DNA of 64,000 nt from Eledone cirrhosa. Its lineage: Eukaryota. Below the pieces are notes generated by a model, which was not told where the DNA came from, did no database searches, and was given only the letters and a program-made list of their open reading frames with translations. Numbering within the stretch: the stretch's first letter is position 1; the number at the start of each line of letters is the position of its first letter. Of this stretch, positions 1 to 15,136 are shown in pieces. Where the stretch lies: NCBI GenBank assembly GCA_964016885.1, contig OZ024740.1, positions 356,252,001-356,316,000 of the forward strand. Reading direction: 5' to 3'. Position numbers and translations under genes: made by a program.

Positions 1-917
1 AAACAAATAAATGGAACAATGTAGCTGAAAGTTTCACATTTCCAAATAATAAGTCTGATACCAAGCATAACATGAACCAATCACAGAATACTGTAGATTA
101 TACTCGGTGATGTGAGAAGGAATATGATGAGAAAAAAAATAATAGTAATGCGATATTAGTTTGTATGACAACAAAAGACTAAATAACACAAATCATACAC
201 ACCTTCATACAAACACACTGACGTATAACGTGATTCATGAATTTTGTTGAGTTAACTAAATCCTTGACTACACCGATAATATCTTTTCTGGGATGGAAAA
301 TATCTGAGATGTTTCTTATCTACACTAGAGTTTCAATCATAGAAAACATTTATTCTGAAACGAACTGCCAAGTCACGATAGGTTAACGAACAATCGACTT
401 CATTTTAAATAGCACTCACTGAAATATAACGAAAAATGATACATCATTTTATATAGAGCTATTTCAAATACAAACTAAAGACACAATTCACTATGCAAAG
501 TAATAATAGACACGATAAACGGATACCACAAGAGGTTACTATATAATCATCAGTATATTCATATCACCAGTAGAATACTTTCAGATGTTCTACTAAAATT
601 ATCTAGAATATATTTGTTTGGTATTTCAAGACTCGGCACCTTTGCGTCAAAATTGACCGCGACCGATCGATATTGGTATAAACACTGATATCGGTCAATC
701 TATCCATAATAAAATATTAAAGCAATATAAATATTACTATTCTGCAATGTTAATTGCATTGACTAAACCAAATGATAGAAATTACTGCGCACACTTTATA
801 TATGTAGTACTTTAATGACAAATAAACTAAAAATAAACTTTGTGTAGAGAACGTAATAGTTGTGATTCCTGTTGATTCTACGAGAATGACATGAATACAC
901 CTCCAAATTACCTACCC

Positions 918-1112
918 CAGACCTATCAACTTTCCCCGTTCAACGGGGAAATATCCCCGATTTGGCTCATTTCTCCCCGTCTCTCCGTTTTTGTGAAAAT
1001 GGATATAGCTTTCATTATGTGAAATCTCCGCATTTTGCCTTATTTGTCTCCATTTTGGGGCACCTTTTTTCATGGCACTCCCCGCTTGGGTTTTTAGAGG
1101 TTGGCAGGTCTA
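918..1112. mobile_element. Short MITE-like element (hAT-like terminal inverted repeats)
   Basis: Left end cagacctatcaac is an imperfect inverted repeat of right end gttggcaggtct(a). Non-coding ~195 bp; no clean TSD seen. Confidence 0.45.
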
Positions 1113-4100
1113 CTAGCTCCTAGATTTGGTACTGGTAATTAACTATTCAAAGGTTAAATAAAGAAAGAAAAATAAATATTTAATACTTTTTCTGTCTTTG
1201 TCTTTCAATATCATCTGTTTACACCTTTTCAGTTTTACGACTATATTTCTGAAGATCTATGAACATGGTTACTCTTATTGAGATATTGTTTAGGGTATTT
1301 GATGGTAGAATTAAATGATTATCGACATTATTCATTGCCCAGATGTCCAATGTGGATATGGCCAACTAGTCATGCATCCAACGATGGATACATTATATGC
1401 AAAGACCAGATATTAGCTTGATCGTAATAATGTTTTCAGTTGTTCACTTCGTTGATTACTCCCAAGTTGGGTTCAGACTTGACGGCATTGCGAAGCAGAG
1501 TGTGTAACCAAAGCAATGGAGTTGCTTTAGGGGTAAGAATTGTTGGTGGATGGAATTGATCTACCAGCGACGACGAATTTCAGAGTTAGGCACAAATTCA
1601 ATACGGAAACATAAAAGATTCAACGAAGGAAAAAGTACTCAAACACGAACAGCTTGTGAAAGTCTGTCGTTCTCATTGGCAACATCTCGTAACCATATAG
1701 AACATAGTTTGAACTAGTGTACGGTAGTTGTGGCTATTTGTGGAGACAGAATGTAGCACGCGCATGATTGTTGTAAAGGTCTATTTTCTCCATCTGTGGC
1801 AGTGAAGCTGGTGTCAATAACTGACTGTATTGTATAATAGATGAGTGTTTGATAGCTTTTATTACTAACTTCAAATTCTGCCAGGAGCAGAATTTAAAGA
1901 ATTTATATTTTTTTTACATAGTTTGTTGATTTATTTTGTGAAATTTGTCCTTATTTCACCCAATCATATAATTACCTATAACGTAATCAATTATATCCCA
2001 TTACTTAACTAGAAGCAGTAAAGGAAGCCAGGGAATCTATCACTTGGAATAGTGTTTTATATTAATATTAAATGTCTACGCTCAGCACATAAGATATTAA
2101 ACATTTTATCAAAATGTTAAATTATTCCAATGAAAGATGCTATATTTACAAGAAGATTCAATGAAGTGAATAAAGAGACTTTGTCTCTTAGATTATGTTG
2201 GTCAATTAGACAATGATATCTAAATGCTACAACAACAACACCTGTTTCCTTTAATACTGTAGAGTGACAATTATAATGAGAATTACTATCAATTACAAAG
2301 TGAAGAGACGCGTCAGATTTGTTTTTATATATATAACATGTTATATTGCTTGTGGGATGTTTAGGCTATTAACTATAGAAATCTTATGTATCAAGAAATA
2401 AGAATTCAATCCAGTGAGTGAGAATCTACGTGCTAGCAATAGCGACTCAATCTCTTCCAAATTACCCTACCGTATAAAAAGCATATAATCCGAAATATAG
2501 TTTGTTTGAAAATACGGAATTCAGTTTTTCGTTTCTTTTATTGTTTTTAGTCAGTGAACTATGTCCATGTTAGGGCACATTGTAATTTCATTGGAATTCA
2601 TGGCATTGTTTTCGTAACTTAGGAAATGCAAAGTGGGCATTGGCGTATGAATATTTATATTCGAATATACCTGTTCTCACCCTACGTTATATATAAACCT
2701 TCAAAGTCAGTGTTCTAGAATAAATATATTTTATTTATGCACGTCTCCAAATACATGCACACTATGCGAATTAGACTCTTTCAGGTATTCTATATATTCT
2801 GTATGGCATATAAGACATATTTAGCGTTACCCTAAATGTACCTCTAAAAAAGCTGTTAGCATAAATCAATATCTTCTTATTGTCTATCCCCGGATTAATG
2901 TGATTAACGGGTGATTTGGCAGCTAGTTTCAACCGATCGAGTAACCATGTAAAGATGCCCACCCTGGTTCGTATCAGTCATTATCTCGAAATAATCGATT
3001 ATTATTTCTAGGCGAAATCTTCCTGCATGTAAATTTAATATATTTTGACACTAAATTTGCATATGATATTAAACTGATGAGCACAAACTTCCGCAGATCA
3101 AATCAGGTGCCATTTTAATGAAATTTGTAAATCTCGTTTGTTTTTTTACAGAAATTCTGCTTGTATGAAATACTGAACAAAACCTATTAAAGCTATGAAG
3201 GCATGTTTTATGATCTAACAAAATTTATTCCAGTTAACAATATTTTATTCTTAATGCTTCACATAATTTCTGCATGTATGAAACAAATTAAATAATACAG
3301 ACTAGAGGCATATTGTCACCACCAAATAAATCGATTATATTTTAATTAATTAGTGTTGGAGTCTGAATTTTAAAAGTAAAGGAGATTATATTGGAAAAAG
3401 CCAAATAAATCTATTAAACTTGTTAACAGCGAGTCGAAACAACACCTTCTATTTCCAAATTTGCAATTTTCTTAGTTATTAATGGTTTGGAATACAACTT
3501 AAAGAGTCAATATATTACCTCATGTCATTAGTATCTATACATATCTTGAGAAGGAACTAACCAACTTCATTATGCTGGGAGTAGGTACACTTGTGTGGGT
3601 ACAGCTCATTTCTACGAACACAGGAACACTATAGGCACTAGGAACACAGGAATATTATGGATACTATATGAATGTATCTGAAACTAAAGATTAAAATAAA
3701 CTAGTTACAAAGCCTCAATTTTATGTGAAGGTGGGTGTGGAATGCGATTTTAAGATGCTTTCATCGTTTTTGGTTTTCAATGGGAACAACAGATTACGAT
3801 AAGTGAAATAGCTTCAAACACAAATGCTTACAAAAAATGAAAAAACTCATGAGTTAAAATCGAATAGACGACTGTGTAAAATACGGTCAAGACTGTGGTA
3901 CTATTGTGGCAATATGGTTATCTTTGTTGAATTTCATTTTCAACTTTTAAATCCGATTTAATTGGGTCACGAAACTACATGCCTTACGGTATTTGGTTCT
4001 GGAAATTGCTATTATGTATCAGATGGATACGAACGTTTCTTAAATCTCTCTGAATATATATGGTTTGTTTATTTGAAATGGTTATCTTGGCAGAAAGACT

Positions 4101-4204
4101 CCTTATTCTTTCGTATCGAAAACCTTGGCTTCATAGTTGTACAGAAAACTTAATATATCATGGCATACCATACACCATTAATGGAAATGATAAGCATCCT
4201 ATCA

Positions 4205-4677
4205 GTCTGAAAGTCTAAAATTTGTCTTGAGTCCGGGGACTCAACAGGCCGGTGCTTATCCTGGTTTCCATGGCTTGAAGTGACTGAGAGTACTTGATAG
4301 GACGCCAGTCCATTGCAGCGTTAAACCTCCAGCTATTACTGGTATTAATTTTCAGTTGAGTATACTGGAGCAATATGACCAGTCTAAAATACTAAAGTAT
4401 GACTCGAGCTCGGAGGCTCATCAGGCTGGTGCTTATCCTGGTTTCCATGGCTTGAAGTGACTGAGAGTAGAAGACCCCCACCCCTGATAGGACGCCATTC
4501 CATCGCAGCGTTACACCTCCAACTATTACTAGTATTAATTATTTTCAGTTGAGTATACTGGAGCAACGTAAAATGAAGTGTTTTGTTCAAGAACACAACA
4601 CACAATCCAGACCAGGAATCGAACCCACGACATTATGATCGAAAGTTCAACACCCTTACCACTATGCCACGTGCCTC
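4205..4677 (-). mobile_element. tRNA-derived SINE with partial tandem duplication of its 3' part
   Basis: Minus strand has A box tggcatagtgg and B box gggttcgattcc, followed by a CORE/V-domain-like body. 4205-4375 repeats 4380-4565. Confidence 0.75.
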
Positions 4678-5009
4678 TACCATCTTACCAGTAAATATAG
4701 TATAAATGAATATAGAGAGCCAGCCTTCGACAACACAACAGCACTAATTGTAATGGTTATTATAACATTCATTAAAATATATAAACATTGACTGAATACG
4801 TATATTTGAAAATATCGACACATTCGATTGCAAACACCCATTTTATTCCCCTGGCCAACTTCAACGAGATTTGAATTATGAACGTAAAGGGTCATCGTAA
4901 CTAAATATCTCAAGATATTTAAAATATCGTTCTTCTGATTCTGCAATCGATCGTCCTTAAACGAGGCACAATAACACACTCTATCATAAGCACAATGCCA
5001 CACATTTAG

Positions 5010-5570
5010 GAGGACGGAGCAACCGATTGCTGTACTTGACTAATACTTAGTTTTATCGACCTTAGAAGGATGAAAAGCAATTTTAACTTTAGTAAATTTT
5101 AAAAGTAGAAAGTAAAAAGCGTAAATAAATACCGCAAGCCATTTTGTCCAACATTTAACAAATCTGTTTATAGCCTCTACTTCTTTCATATGGGTTCTTA
5201 ATAATGGTTTCTACTTTTGGCACAAGGCCACCAAATACCCAGTACATTACTGGTACTTTATTTTATCGACCCCATAAGGATGAACGGCAAAGTTAACCTC
5301 GGCGGGATTTGAACTCAGATCATAAAGGGCCGTAGCTCTATGCTGCAAAGCAAGGCGTCCGACCCTCTACCGATACAGCCAATCCACAATGGTTTCTGAT
5401 TTAGGCATACGGCCAACAATTTGAAAGGAAGAGGAAAGTCGATTAAATCGACCCAGTGCGTTACTGGTACTTTATTTTATCGACCCTGTAAGGATGAAAG
5501 GCAAAGCTAACCTAGGATTTCAACTCAGAACGTAAAAGAACATAACTGTAGCGACACTGCCAATCTATCG
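5010..5570 (-). mobile_element. Head-to-tail array of three SINE copies (family with ...tttatcgaccccgtaaggatgaaaggcaaag... domain)
   Basis: The conserved central domain occurs three times. Minus-strand B box gagttcaaatcc and A-box-like tggc..tatcgg are present. The same family recurs throughout the window. Confidence 0.8.
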
Positions 5571-6116
5571 TCTTCATGATGCTTAATAACATAAATCATT
5601 CTTTAAAACTTTCGTTATATAATAAGAAACAAACAAGCGAACAAAAAATGAATAAAAGAAAGAACATATCCTAGAAATCAAACTATGAAACATTTAAATT
5701 TATCTATTAAACATGACTCATGTTCATATATTAAAACACCTGACGTAATACTTATGTAAATATAATGATAACTCAATGTGATCGTTTTTATTTCCTGCTT
5801 ACACTTCAGTTTGTAATCTGAAAAAATCCATTAGTATGCTAGATTTTTATTAACTGAGGTTAAAAATGTTTTATTTTAAACATAATTTCTTAATGTAATG
5901 GTATCAGCTAAAACTGCAAACTTAAGCGATAGAAGTAAAGGACAACGATCGCACTGAGTTATTACAATAGATTAAATTAGATTTATGCATTAAAGTATTG
6001 CAACGACGAAAGCTTCTATATGTGTGTATAGGTCATGCTTAATAGGCAGATTAGAATGCTAGAAAACATACGTTCCTGAATCACAAGTGTGTATTCCTCT
6101 GATTAGTATAGGATTG

Positions 6117-7807
<1,691 letters not shown>

Positions 7808-8299
7808 CGCCCCACGCACTTGGATATTTCGTGTGCAACGTTACAATTAATTAATAATATGGTGGCAAATGAACCTTCTTTGATTAACTGTTTACTTACC
7901 AACGTGAAGCTTTGTTTATCTTTCTCTCTTATATATTCTTCATTTTTGACGAAAGTCTATTTATATTTCCCACCATCCGGTCTTACCATTTTCATGTCTA
8001 CACCATATCCTGTCTTGTTTACAGTCAAAATACATTCGCTTGTTGTCCTCTGCATCTATGTTGTGTTCTCTCACATGCATCTTTCTTGCATCTTTCTTAT
8101 TCTCAGCCGTCATGCAAACGGCAACGTTATGCCATCCCGCACCATTATGCATGATATTGCATTGTCCAGGGGATGGCTGAAGAGGAAGGTGGATACTGTT
8201 GTTCGTTCATCCCGGGCGCAAAGCCGTGCAAGGTGTATTTGTGGAAGACCAGCTTAGCCCTGAATACCAGTCACCTCTTTCCACGCGCGGAAAAAGGTA

Positions 8300-8450
8300 A
8301 AACCGATACAGCTTGACACCAGTGACGACTCGTTGCTACATCTGAGGGAACAGAAGCAGCATGAAATAAAGTACTTTGCTCAAGGACAAAACACATCATC
8401 CGGTTGAGAAATCGAAGCCCCAACCTCATGATTGTGAACCCGGGCACCTT
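8300..8450 (-). mobile_element. Degenerate tRNA-SINE fragment
   Basis: gaaataaagtactttgctcaaggacaaaacac...aatcgaa resembles the head of the 4.5-4.7 kb SINE. Confidence 0.5.
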
Positions 8451-8454
8451 CAGT

Positions 8455-9317
<863 letters not shown>

Positions 9318-9569
9318 GCAGGAGCCCACAGTTACATTGCAGGGCCACTCTACTATTTTAGAGACCTATGCTTAGCTTTCAAAAAATACCTGAAGTCTAG
9401 GAGAATGAATAACATTTAAAAATAAATAAATAAAATAATCAAGTAAAGCATTTGGTCAACCAATTCCCCAGGGAATTAATAGAAACCAAAATATATGATA
9501 GTGCAAGTAGCTGGAATCACTGGTTGAACATTCTACTCAATCTAAACGTTAGTGTATTAATTCATGCAT

Positions 9570-9735
<166 letters not shown>

Positions 9736-10013
9736 ATGTATAGTATATGCACCCATATACACGCACTCTGGATTTCGGAAAAATACATATTTTTTTTATT
9801 GCAGAAGATAAGATATTTTCCGCAAAAATTTGATTGCACTATTGTGTATTGCACTATTGCACTATTGATTGCACTATTGCATTATTGCACTATTGCACTA
9901 TTGTGTATTTTTTGAAAATGTTATTTATTCATTATAAAAATTAAATTATAGCATTCTATGTGTAGGTGGGCCCCTACATCTCCTGGCAACCAATATTTTT
10001 AGACCCAGTCCGC

Positions 10014-10049
<36 letters not shown>

Positions 10050-10054
<5 letters not shown>

Positions 10055-10161
10055 CATTGATTGTAAGTTTGAATCTAACTGACATGCAAAAACATATATA
10101 TATGAATAAGGTAAGCCCAAATCCTAGTAGATTCAAATATCACAGAGAGAACGAGAGAGAG

Positions 10162-10233
<72 letters not shown>

Positions 10234-10900
10234 GGAGAGATGAGGTGCAAAATAAATGAAAAATGGATTACAGGTTAAAATATAGTCTAGATAGATGAGA
10301 AACAAAACGAGGATGTAGTTTATGGAACACCCAAATGATATAGAAGTCGACCTTAAGTAGGAGCAATAACATTAAGAAAGACATGAATGGCACCACATGA
10401 TTTTGTTTTGAAAATTTTGAAAGTAGGTTTATAAGTATGAATTTTCATAAGATTCTTTGTAGTTGTCTCAGTGGTATAGCGGTAGGTACGAGAAACAGTG
10501 GAGATCCTGGCCTTGGGTTCAATCCAGGTAGAGAGGTCTTCGTTTTCAGTTTTTATTTTACATTCCATAGAAAAAACTGAAAAGGTCTACTGGGTACCCT
10601 ACTCCCGACCAGGATCGAACTTCAGACCACCATCCCTACCGTCTATTAATCCTCCAACTAGGCCGCCGAGACAGTTACAAATGAGTAAGATACATAATAT
10701 TTTTTTATTGGAGAAGTTAAGATATTTTTCTGCAAAAATTTGATTGCAGTGTTTTGTTTCACTTATGTATCTTTTGAAAATGTTATTTATTCATTATAAA
10801 AATTAAATGATAGCATTCTATATGTAGGTGGGCCCCCTTCATCTATTGTCAACCAATAAATTTAGACCTAGTCCGCCACGGTGACCCAGTCCGCCACGGT
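10050..10900. mobile_element. Composite interspersed repeat with internal (GA)n, two convergent tRNA-like heads and a ...cagtccgccac terminus
   Basis: Homologous along its length to 34630-35310. Its 3' part (10690-10900) is also repeated at 9790-10020. Confidence 0.7.
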
Positions 10901-10920
10901 ATATATATATATATATATAG

Positions 10921-11015
10921 TTCAAGGAGACAACAAACATAGGTACAAAACTTCTTATTAGTCTCACGCTTTATACTGGAAACAGAAAAGTTCGACCTGT
11001 CGGGCTTAAGCCCAT
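10921..11015 (-). mobile_element. Short PLE-like 3' end fragment in (TA)n
   Basis: Reverse complement matches 44681-44778 (gggcttaagcc.gaca.gtc...ataaagcgtga...gtacct.tgtttgttgtct.cttgaa). Confidence 0.55.
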
Positions 11016-11017
11016 AC

Positions 11018-11110
<93 letters not shown>

Positions 11111-11112
<2 letters not shown>

Positions 11113-12598
11113 CATATGTGTGGTATATTTGAGTTCGGTTTACCCTGATCGTTTAATTCATATAGATATAACGTCTTAGCATCGACTGCATGTTAATCAT
11201 TGTATACACTCAGTGATTAAATATCTTGCTTAGATGGACGTGAATGGTATTTCCTAGGTTAATATACGTCTATCTACTAATAACCTCCCAGTGTAAAGAC
11301 GTCTACCTACATGTCATTTAAAGTTACCTCGCGGTTATTTGACACAGATTTCATATTACACCCAACCCACAGCGGTAGGGCGTGGTTGCTGAGCATAGCT
11401 TGACCCTGATGGCAAATTAACCCTGCATTATTCATTTTTCGCCCCCCCCCCCCTCTGGTTTACTTAAAATGATAATTTCTAACGAGCTTGCAACTCATGA
11501 TACGTTTAATGCATAAAACACGCTAAAAGCTACTCTCAAAATGTAAAAATACAAAAACTCTCACAAAGTGTTGAATTTTTTACATAATATTTTTATTATG
11601 CATTACGTTTCTTGGATTTTGGATTCAGAATTTGGAATTAAAAGGACATTTAGAATAAAAAAACAACATTACAACTAATAATTGTTTCTACATTTGGCAC
11701 AAGGCCAGCAATTACCCAGTACATTACTGGTACTTTATTTTATCGACCCTGTAAGGATGAGAGGCAAAGTTAACCTCGGCGGGATTTGAACTCAGATCGT
11801 AAAGGGACGTAACTCTTTGTTTTTACTATAGGTACATGGCCAGCAATTTTGGGGAAGGGAAAGTCGAGTTAATCGGCCTCAGTGCATTAACAGTACTTAT
11901 TTCATCGTGTAAGGATGAAAGGCACAGCTAACCCCGGCGGGATTTGAAATCAGAACATAAAGGCCCGTAAATATATAACACAGAGCATGTTTTCCGACGT
12001 TCTACCGATTTTACCAAATCACCGACCTAAATGATTTCTAATTTAGGCACAAGGCTAACAATTGTGGGCGAGGGAAAGTCGAGTTAACCGACCCCAATAC
12101 GTTACTGGCATTTTTATTCTTCCCCCGTAAGAATGAAAGACAAAGCTAACCTCGGAAGGATTTGAACTCAGAACGTAAAGGGTCACAACTCTATACCACA
12201 AAGCACGTTGTCCGGCAACTCCACCAATCCTCACAATCAATCAAAGGGGTTGATAGCATATAATTTTTTATTTCGATCGAATAAAATGAATCAGCAGTTA
12301 CTAGTAGTGCCAACATTTGATGCGAAGCTCTCTTTGGTCTGATCAATCAAACAAATTTATCAGACAGTAGTTTACTGATTACACCATATTGTTACGGCAA
12401 ATTGCAGCAACTAATTAAAAACTATTCTAGCAGTACTATAGCAAAATACTGTCTTTCTTTGATTTGGGCATGTCACAGTAGTTACTGGCACTAAAGATGC
12501 TTTGTTATTTCTTATAGTGTAATTATGAGTGGACAGAAAATGTGCGGTGGGTAAAATTGCCGAGTGGCTGAAGAGAAAGTTTGATGCTTTGATGCGTT
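11111..12598 (+). repeat. Local segmental duplication, copy 2, preceded by (CA)n and fused to a PLE 5' truncation point
   Basis: Identity to 6321-7807 ends abruptly at gatgcgtt, where the PLE reading frame begins. Confidence 0.95.
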
Positions 12599-13267
12599 AA
12601 CATTAAAACCCACATCGCTAAACTATTTTTTAATGCTCTTGACAAACGATTCCCTAGAACACATAAGTATCACTCAATTTTCAATAGACATACTATAAAA
12701 TTAACCTACTCGTCCACCAAAAGTTTAGCACAAAATATTAATAGAATAAATAATAGGAATCTAAAACCTAGCCAAAATACCGATAATAGCATAAACAATA
12801 TTCAAGTAAGCAACTGTAACTGTAGAGATATATCTAAATGCCCGTTAAATAATAATTGCTTAGTTAAAAATATAATATACAACTGTAATGTTAAAACTGA
12901 CTTAAATTATTTTAATTATGTTGGTTCCACCTCGACAGAATTTAAACTTCGCTATAATAATCACACGAATTATTTCACAGATCCAAACAAAACATCTTCA
13001 ACATCACTATCAGGCTTACTCTGGCAACTTAAACATGATAACGTTGGATATTCGACGGTTTGGAATATAGTCTCAAGAGGGATTCCTTTTAACTCCTCCT
13101 CTGAGACATGTGACCTCTGCGCAGAGGAGATATTCTTTATACTAAAATCTAAAAATTCCCTTAATTTACGGACCAATTTATTCAGTTGCTGCAGACATAG
13201 ATTGAACTCAACTTTTAAATATAAATATATAAGTTTAAAATCTAATATATTTACTCAAGACTTTTAA
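12599..13267 (+). pseudogene. Uninterrupted 222-codon C-terminal PLE frame (end of RT thumb plus GIY-YIG endonuclease), no ATG, missed by the ORF track
   Basis: Manual translation: NIKTHIAKLFFNALDKRFPRTHKYHSIFNRHTIKLTYS...CNCRDISKCPLNNNCLVKNIIYNC...YVGSTSTEFKLRYNNH...CDLCAEE...LNLRTNLFSCCRHR. Homologous to the frames at 16.4-17.0 and 22.1-22.9 kb. Confidence 0.88.
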
Positions 13268-14592
13268 TTATTTTAGAAAACTTGGCGATAAATCTTTCGA
13301 TTACTTCAATTCTTTAAACCTTCTTCATGAATATATAATTAATAATGTAATTAAACTACCTTAAAACGATGATGATCCAAATCTATTGAATAAAATTTTT
13401 AAGCTAGATAAACTTCTAGAATAAATATAAGAGCATCTGTAGAACAACCGAGTATCCTAGGGTTTTTTTTGAATGATTTCTGCTAAATAAGTTTGGTGAA
13501 TAATTTTGGTTTTGTTTGCTTTTGACTCTGATTGCTTCTAATAAACTTGGCAATATTGTCAAATAAATTGGAGGGATTGATTGATATGCTGGGCACACTG
13601 TGTTTTTATTACGGCCCTAGATATTCTGGGGAGGAAAGTATTCTTGGCGTTTTTAATAATTTTTTAATTTTTTTATATTTTAATATATTGATATCTGTTC
13701 TATTCTATGCTTGTACGATAATCATGTAAGAAAGGGCAAGAATATTATTATTATTAATAATGTATATTTTATGTATATGTATATGTATGTACACTTATGT
13801 GTATGGAAAATTTTTTTTGACGCAATGAAGATTTCCATGTGAAATAAAAATTTACAGAGCTGATCATGTAAACTCGCATGTGTCTATAATGTCAGTTTGA
13901 GATAACCTTCTCTTTTTCTTTCTATTTTCTCTTTTTTCATGAAAATACATATATACTTATGTATTCCAGTATTTTTTGAGGTTTTATCTCAGATTTTGAT
14001 TATAAACCTATGAATTTTTAAACTAAACATATAGTCACTATTTTTTCACACATTATTGATATGTGTCTCATTCATGAATATTGATGTTTACATTATAATT
14101 CATATGAATTGATAGACTGATGAAACATAATATTTTAAAACTATCATTTTTGTTTCTAAGTATATCTCCTCTCCTATTCCCTCTACTCTTATATCGGCTG
14201 TTTTAACTCTATCTCCTGTATATCACCCTCCCCTATCTCTCCCACCTCGTATAATAGATATTACTCGATCTACCTCTCCTTATTTATTTTTGTTTTTATT
14301 TCTCCCCGTATCCTTAACACTAAATAAATAAATAAACAAATGAATAATTACAGTACCCCTTCCCTCATAGATCTCTCATTTGGTGGTTTTATCTTTACAT
14401 ACATTTCTTCATCTTCTTCACCTTCCGCTCTTTCTTTTTCTTTTCTCCTTCTTTTTCTTTTTCCTTTTTTCCTTTTTTCTCCGTCTTTTTTTCTAACCGT
14501 CCTTAACATTTTCACTACCGTAACAACTTTTTAGATGGAGGTTGTAAACTCTAAGGTATGTCAAATTTATTTATAAAACTGTCTATATATTG

Positions 14593-14657
14593 TATTTTGT
14601 CTGAAGAGGGCATACCATATTTTAATATGATATCCCTGAAATATATATAATGAAATA
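14593..14657 (+). ncRNA. Type I hammerhead ribozyme (element A pLTR)
   Basis: Stem I tattttgt/atgaaata; core CTGAAGA; ~13-bp stem II with 2 mismatches; GAAA; AT-palindromic stem III; AUA cleavage triplet; AATAAA overlaps the 3' end. Confidence 0.75.
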
Positions 14658-14726
14658 AATATGGTTTTATAAATGTAATTTCCATTTGTTTAATATCGTA
14701 TATATATATATATATATATATATATA

Positions 14727-14855
14727 GGAACGAGTAGGACCCCGACGGCTGAGCTCAAGGCGTTTCGACGGCTAATTCTGGACTCGTTCCTTACCACATT
14801 TCCTTCGTTATATATATATAAGACCCCGACAGCTGAGCTCAAGCCGTTTCGACGG

Positions 14856-14858
<3 letters not shown>
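14727..14858 (-). mobile_element. Two miniature fragments of the element-B pLTR (HHR 3' halves), each in (TA)n
   Basis: 14727-14810 and 14820-14858 match 15189-15245. The first is fused to the opposite-strand terminus gttccttaccacatttccttcgtta seen at 18321-18345. Confidence 0.85.
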
Positions 14859-14923
<65 letters not shown>

Positions 14924-14930
<7 letters not shown>

Positions 14931-15136
14931 GTTTGAATTTGTAAAGCCAAGACAATGCAGGTATGGATATAGAATAGAAAATGCAAATGCAAAAGATATT
15001 GTTGACAATTAGTATTTTACTTTAGATTTATGCATTTGCATTTTTTATTCTATGTCCATACCTGCATTGTGTTGGCTTTACAAATTCAAACGTTTATACC
15101 TCATTACACAATGCTTCAAGTTATCTATAACTTCTT

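Larger units (their letters stand above)
12599..14700 (+). mobile_element. 5'-truncated Hydra-type Penelope-like element A
   Basis: Contains a thumb/GIY-YIG frame, a 1.3-kb AT-rich 3' UTR, an HHR and AATAAA, and ends in (TA)n. Confidence 0.88.

Noticed and set aside
10460-10530. tRNA gene candidates at SINE-like heads
   Set aside because: A/B boxes are present but there is no complete cloverleaf, and they are embedded in repeated elements.
14111-14145. CTGATGA flanked by gatag/ctatc
   Set aside because: No GAAA and no stem III-UH, so it cannot be folded as an HHR. At most a decayed relic.
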